Below, in pieces: positions 61,227-64,000 of a DNA stretch of 64,000 nucleotides. Origin of the DNA: Oscillospiraceae bacterium (GTDB lineage: Bacteria; Bacillota; Clostridia; Oscillospirales; Oscillospiraceae); assembly GCA_009780175.1 (NCBI GenBank), contig WRAO01000010.1, positions 18,585 through 82,584 of the forward strand. Direction: 5' to 3'. Position numbers and translations under genes: made by a program. The notes beneath the pieces were generated by a model. It saw only the letters and a program-made list of their open reading frames with translations. It did no database searches and had not been told where the DNA came from. Every line of letters begins with the position of its first letter. The stretch's first letter is position 1.

Positions 61227-63209
61227 TTATTCTGAGGCGTCTCCCCGCAGTTTGATAATCTTGTCTCGGAGCAGGGCGGCCAGTTCGAATTCGAGCATTT
61301 TCGACGCCTCTTTCATCTCCTTCTCGAGCTTCGCAATCAGCTTGTCGCGCTCTTTGCGCGTCAGTTTGACATTGTGCTCGGCGAGTTTTGCGGTGGAGAT
61401 GTCGCCGGAAATCTCGATTAGATCGCGGACACTCTTGACGATGGTCTTTGGGGTGATGCCGTGCGCCTCGTTGTAGGCCATTTGGATCCCGCGGCGGCGT
61501 TCGGTTTCCGCCATGGCGCGTTCCATAGAGCCGGTGATTTTGTCGGCATAGAGGATGACGACGCCCTCGGCGTTTCGCGCCGCGCGGCCTATGGTCTGGA
61601 TGAGGCTGGTTTCTGAACGCAGGAATCCTTCTTTGTCCGCGTCTAGGATGGCGACGAGGGAGACTTCGGGGAGGTCCAGCCCCTCGCGGAGGAGGTTGAT
61701 GCCGATCAGCACGTCGAAGTGGCCGAGACGGAGGTCTCTGATGATCTCCATGCGCTCCAGGGTCGTAATATCGTGGTGCATGTAGCGGACTTTGATGCCG
61801 ACGTTGCTGAAGTAGCTCGTGAGGTCTTCCGCCATCTTCTTTGTCAAGGTGGTGACCAGGGTCCGCTCCTGTTTGGCGGCCCGGACGTGGATCTCGGCGA
61901 TCAAATCGTCAATCTGGCCGGCGACGGGCCGGACGAAGACTTCTGGGTCTACCAGCCCTGTCGGGCGGATGATCTGCTCTACAATCTGCCCGGACCGCTC
62001 ACGTTCGTAGGCGCCCGGCGTCGCCGAGACATAGACGAAACGGTGGATGCGCTCGTTGAACTCCTCGAAGGTCAGCGGTCGGTTGTCGAAGGCTGAGGGG
62101 AGGCGGAATCCGTGGCTCACAAGGTTTTCCTTCCGCGCGCGGTCGCCGGCGTACATGCTGCGCACTTGCGGCAGGGAGACGTGGCTCTCGTCTACGAAGA
62201 GGACGAAGTCGTCCGGGAAATAGTCGAGCAGGGTCATAGGCGCGGAGCCGGGGGGCCGCCCGCTGATGATGCGGGAGTAGTTCTCGATGCCGTTGCAGGA
62301 GCCGAGTTCTTGCATCATCTCGATGTCAAACATCGTCCGCTGGGCGATACGCTGAGCCTCGATCAATTTGCCTTCGGACTTGAATAAGGCCACTTGCGCG
62401 TCGCACTCGGCGCGGATTTCGCCGATGGCGCGTTCCATTTTCTCCGGGCTTGTGACATAGTGGGACGCGGGGTAGATGGCGACATGGTCCAGCCGTTTTG
62501 TCGGCTCTCCGGTGACAACGCTGATCTGGCTGATGCGGTCGATCTCGTCGCCGAAGAACTCGATGCGATAGGCGAGGTCGCGGGCGTAGGTGGGGAATAT
62601 TTCCACCGTATCGCCCCGTACGCGGAACATATTGCGGTCAAAGGCCATGTCGTTGCGTTCGTAGCGGATTTCGACGAGCCGCTTGAGCAGCTCATCTCGC
62701 TCACGTTTTTGACCGACGCGGAGGGAGACGACCATGTTTTGGTAGTCAAGGGGATCGCCGAGGCCGTAGATGCAGGACACGGAGGCCACGACGATCACGT
62801 CTCGTCGCTCAAATAGCGCGGAGGTCGCCGAGTGGCGCAGGCGCTCGATTTCATCGTTGATCGTCGCGTCTTTCTCGATGTAGGTGTCGGTGTGGGCGAT
62901 GTAGGCCTCGGGCTGGTAGTAGTCGTAATAGGAGACGAAGTATTCCACGGCGTTCTCCGGGAAAAACTCGCGAAACTCGCTGCAAAGCTGCGCGGCGAGG
63001 GTTTTGTTGTGGGCCAGTACCAATGCCGGTCGTTGCAAAGTCTCGATGACTTTTGCCATCGTGTAGGTCTTGCCGCTGCCGGTGACGCCGAGAAGCGTCT
63101 GTTCGGTCAGCCCGAGTTCTACGCCTTCGGAAAGCAAACGAATCGCCTCCGGCTGGTCGCCGGAGGGCGTGTAATCGCTGATGACTTTGAGGGGGGGGTA
63201 TTGTGCCAT
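61227..63209 (-). CDS. uvrB: Excinuclease ABC subunit B
   Basis: 660 aa. GVTGSGKT Walker A, the DESH box (VDESHV), a beta-hairpin region, helicase motif VI (QTIGRAARN) and a C-terminal UVR domain (FE.AA.LRD). Confidence 0.96.
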   Translation of the reverse strand: MAQYPPLKVISDYTPSGDQPEAIRLLSEGVELGLTEQTLLGVTGSGKTYTMAKVIETLQRPALVLAHNKTLAAQLCSEFREFFPENAVEYFVSYYDYYQPEAYIAHTDTYIEKDATINDEIERLRHSATSALFERRDVIVVASVSCIYGLGDPLDYQNMVVSLRVGQKRERDELLKRLVEIRYERNDMAFDRNMFRVRGDTVEIFPTYARDLAYRIEFFGDEIDRISQISVVTGEPTKRLDHVAIYPASHYVTSPEKMERAIGEIRAECDAQVALFKSEGKLIEAQRIAQRTMFDIEMMQELGSCNGIENYSRIISGRPPGSAPMTLLDYFPDDFVLFVDESHVSLPQVRSMYAGDRARKENLVSHGFRLPSAFDNRPLTFEEFNERIHRFVYVSATPGAYERERSGQIVEQIIRPTGLVDPEVFVRPVAGQIDDLIAEIHVRAAKQERTLVTTLTKKMAEDLTSYFSNVGIKVRYMHHDITTLERMEIIRDLRLGHFDVLIGINLLREGLDLPEVSLVAILDADKEGFLRSETSLIQTIGRAARNAEGVVILYADKITGSMERAMAETERRRGIQMAYNEAHGITPKTIVKSVRDLIEISGDISTAKLAEHNVKLTRKERDKLIAKLEKEMKEASKMLEFELAALLRDKIIKLRGDASE

Positions 63210-63248
63210 GGGTGCTCCTTTTTTGGGGTTGGGACGATGGGGCCGTGG

Positions 63249-63495
63249 CAGCCTCCTTTTCCAAAGGAGGTGCCTATCGGTATTCCTTCCGCCGAACCAA
63301 TCGGTCCGCGGCTTTGCCTTGCCCTCCCCAGGCGTCAGTTATGGTAGGCGTAGCCTGACGGAAGATTTGTTAGGGGATGCGGTGCTAGAGGGGAGGAATC
63401 CTCAGTCCGCTTCGCTGACATAACTGACGCCTGGGGAGCGAAGTGATTGGCTCGGAGGAAGGAATGCCCGTGGCAGTTCTTTTGGGAAAGGAGCC
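63249..63495. repeat. Inverted pair of the dispersed intergenic repeat (copies R and Q)
   Basis: Copy R (+, ~63249-63370) and copy Q (-, 63391-63495) both carry CTCCTTT(T)CCAAA(A)GGAG, CATTCCTTCC.CCGA.CCAATC and CCCCAGGCGTCAGTTATG blocks. Q is roughly 88% identical by eye to copy P at 29777-29885. Confidence 0.8.
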
Positions 63496-63522
63496 TATTC
63501 ATCTGAATAAGCAAATTCGCCC

Positions 63523-64000
63523 CTACCCCAACTGCAATCGTTTCTCGATGTTCACCAAGTGTCCGCTGTCTCGCATGGAGACAAAATCGTCCCCGGCGAC
63601 AATGATGTGGTCCGCGAGACGAATACCGAGCGGGGCCAGGGCTTGGATCAATTGCTCCGTGGTGGCGATATCGGTGACGTTCGGCAGGGCGAGGCCGCTT
63701 GGGTGATTGTGCGCCAGCACGACATATACAGCCTTGCGTTTTAAGGCCGTCTCCACTGCGCGGCGGATGCTGAAACTCGCGGCGTTGACGGAACCTTCCG
63801 CGAGTTTCTCGTGGTGGATCGCCCGGAGGCTGCCGTCCAGGCAGATGAGGAAGGCCACTTCGTCTGTGAGGCCGTGGAAGAGGGGTAAAATATACGCGCC
63901 CATCTCTTCCGTGCCCGCCAATATTTGGCCGGGCTTGGCCTTATCAATCTGATAGCGCCGCCCCAGCTCCGTGACGAGCAAAATCAGGCTTGCGGTGTGT
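63523..64000 (-). CDS. radC: RadC-family JAB/MPN domain protein, 5' end beyond window
   Basis: The frame is open to nt 64000 (the annotated TTG at 63981 is internal). The JAMM motif HNHPSG, plus ...D.ITT..L..A....GI.L.DHIIV. Confidence 0.85.
   Translation of the reverse strand, partial: HTASLILLVTELGRRYQIDKAKPGQILAGTEEMGAYILPLFHGLTDEVAFLICLDGSLRAIHHEKLAEGSVNAASFSIRRAVETALKRKAVYVVLAHNHPSGLALPNVTDIATTEQLIQALAPLGIRLADHIIVAGDDFVSMRDSGHLVNIEKRLQLG

Noticed and set aside
1-64000. CRISPR arrays, rRNA genes and transposase-bearing IS elements.
   Set aside because: I found no regularly spaced short direct repeats with unique spacers, no rRNA-like sequence and no recognisable transposase ORF while reading both strands. 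The only tandem protein-level repeats are the Flg_new and LRR units inside coding genes.

Overview
This is a chromosomal segment of a high-GC Firmicutes/Clostridia-type genome. Spot counts of single 60-nt lines give about 60% GC; no average was computed. Firmicutes hallmarks are PolC, a DnaD-domain protein with a DnaC/DnaI-like loader, SLH-anchored surface proteins and a SleB-like hydrolase.

**nt 1-36,000: housekeeping.**
- gdh (5'-truncated) and a 1,916-aa SLH-anchored surface protein.
- pdxS, ppa and a lipoprotein.
- The dnaD-like/dnaC-like pair and a U32 peptidase.
- maf-mreC-mreD-mrdA-minD-like-mgsA, then hisS-aspS.
- A SleB-like hydrolase.
- The minus-strand cluster pyrH-frr-uppS-cdsA-rseP-ispG-polC.
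- A DUF378 gene and degV.
- tRNA(CAT) and tRNA-Trp.

**nt 36,274-56,050: two unrelated integrative elements in tandem at tRNA-Trp.** They are delimited by three copies of the tRNA 3' end.
- Island 1 runs 36,274-48,242 and is roughly 45-50% GC. It carries a tightly coupled five-gene operon: Dcm C5-methyltransferase, GHKL/MORC-like ATPase, Mrr-nuclease-SF2 helicase, an unknown 192-aa ORF and Vsr. It also carries an orphan mobC, a Bro-N protein, an excisionase-like gene, an XRE regulator, a tyrosine integrase and an AbiEi/AbiEii module.
- Island 2 runs 48,243-56,050 and is roughly 32-38% GC. It looks like an integrative mobilizable element. It has a tyrosine integrase, a HUH Rep fused to an SF3-type helicase, an FtsK-like ATPase with a separate TM partner, and an SLH-CAP secreted cargo protein.

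**nt 56,050-64,000.**
- A disrupted XRE gene and an RNHCP protein.
- A blaI / blaR1-like / class-A-beta-lactamase-like operon. The usual penicillin-sensor domain of BlaR1 is replaced by about ten leucine-rich repeats.
- uvrB and a partial radC.

Several dispersed or palindromic intergenic repeat families are present. No rRNA genes and no CRISPR array were seen.

The best candidate for a poorly described system is the Dcm / GHKL-ATPase / nuclease-helicase / ORF192 / Vsr operon.
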